Assembly: GCA_040954595.2 (NCBI GenBank)
Contig: CM082581.2
Span: 14,023,921 to 14,087,920, forward strand
Direction: 5' to 3'
Source: Balanoglossus misakiensis
Lineage: Eukaryota; Animalia; Hemichordata
DNA length: 64,000 bases
This document shows positions 63,107 to 64,000 of the stretch, in pieces. Every line of letters starts with the position of its first letter. The first letter of the stretch is position 1. The notes beneath the pieces are model-generated. The model had not been told where the DNA came from. It saw only the letters and a program-made list of their open reading frames with translations, and ran no database searches. The position numbers were made by a program, and so were the translations under genes.

Positions 63107-64000
63107 GAATATCAACGAACCCAGATGGGCAGTAAAATTCATTTGTGGCTATTTTGTATCTAGGTAGAATGGTTTGCTTGGTTGATTTGAGACGCGAGAT
63201 TACAAACTGTAGCCTGGCTACTGGTGAACTGGACAAGTGGAAGAGAATAAAAGGATCTGAGACGTGTGAGTATTTGAGATATTGTTTTATTTGCGTTGTG
63301 CTCTGGACTATTTACAGCTCGAAGATAGATCTGTGTGCTTTAGATTACAGTCATTGTACTCGTTGCTAATAATAGATGTCAACTCGGTCAGCGATATACA
63401 TTTTTTGTAATTTATCACTCGTGACACCAAATTTAGAAACCGTCTATTCATGGTTATCAGTAACATGAATTAAAGAAAGACTAGTAATAAATAATCATAG
63501 AAATAATCGTTTCTCCCGTTGCAATGGCGACGAAGATGGTTTACAAATCTTTCATTCACCCACCATATCAAACGTTTATGAAAGCAAGTTCTTGTGTGTG
63601 CAAAGTGTCAGGTCGGCAAACATTCCAAAAGCATCTCATTACTTTCTACTTGCGTTGAATTCTTGCTGTCAGTAGCAATAATTATGATTGACGGATCATA
63701 CATGCTGATTTTTGACCCTTAGTACTTATGAGATCAAACGGCGAAGCAAATATTTAACGTAGGGTGGTAATAGGTTGAAATGAACGCGCCTGTACAGGAC
63801 TGATATCTTGGAGAAAAAACATCACCTGGTTTAAAATTGCATGTTACAGCAATAATGAATAATGAAACTTGCTACAGATATTGATCTAAAGACAGCAAAT
63901 TTGTAAGATATGTAGCAGTTTTACATTAATGGCTTATTTGCATATTTAACTAATGTGTGCAGTTAACTTCATTAATGTGGCATCATTGTCTCAGCAGAGA

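Overview
AT-rich, intron-containing animal DNA from an invertebrate bilaterian, probably a deuterostome such as a hemichordate (inference). I reconstructed four protein-coding genes by hand from GT-AG splice sites and phase continuity: (1) the last five exons of an HTRA2/Omi-like serine protease (+, 76-1634); (2) a complete 11-exon LRRC27-like gene (-, 3933-25322, 490 aa); (3) a complete STK32/YANK kinase with 11 coding exons (+, 26480-50144, 421 aa), head-to-head with LRRC27 across a CpG-rich promoter, the same arrangement as human STK32C-LRRC27; and (4) a D1-like or beta-octopamine-like aminergic GPCR with an intronless CDS (-, 57617-58771). Also present are an L2-like LINE relic, several MITE-like inverted-repeat elements, CTCF-like and RFX X-box-like motifs, and microsatellites. 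The most interesting unexplained signal is two groups of candidate microexons in long LRRC27 introns (9+16+32+24 nt and 32+49 nt); each group totals 81 nt and reads open in frame. Most short ORFs in the supplied track are spurious. No searches were run, so all homology statements are from memory and need checking.
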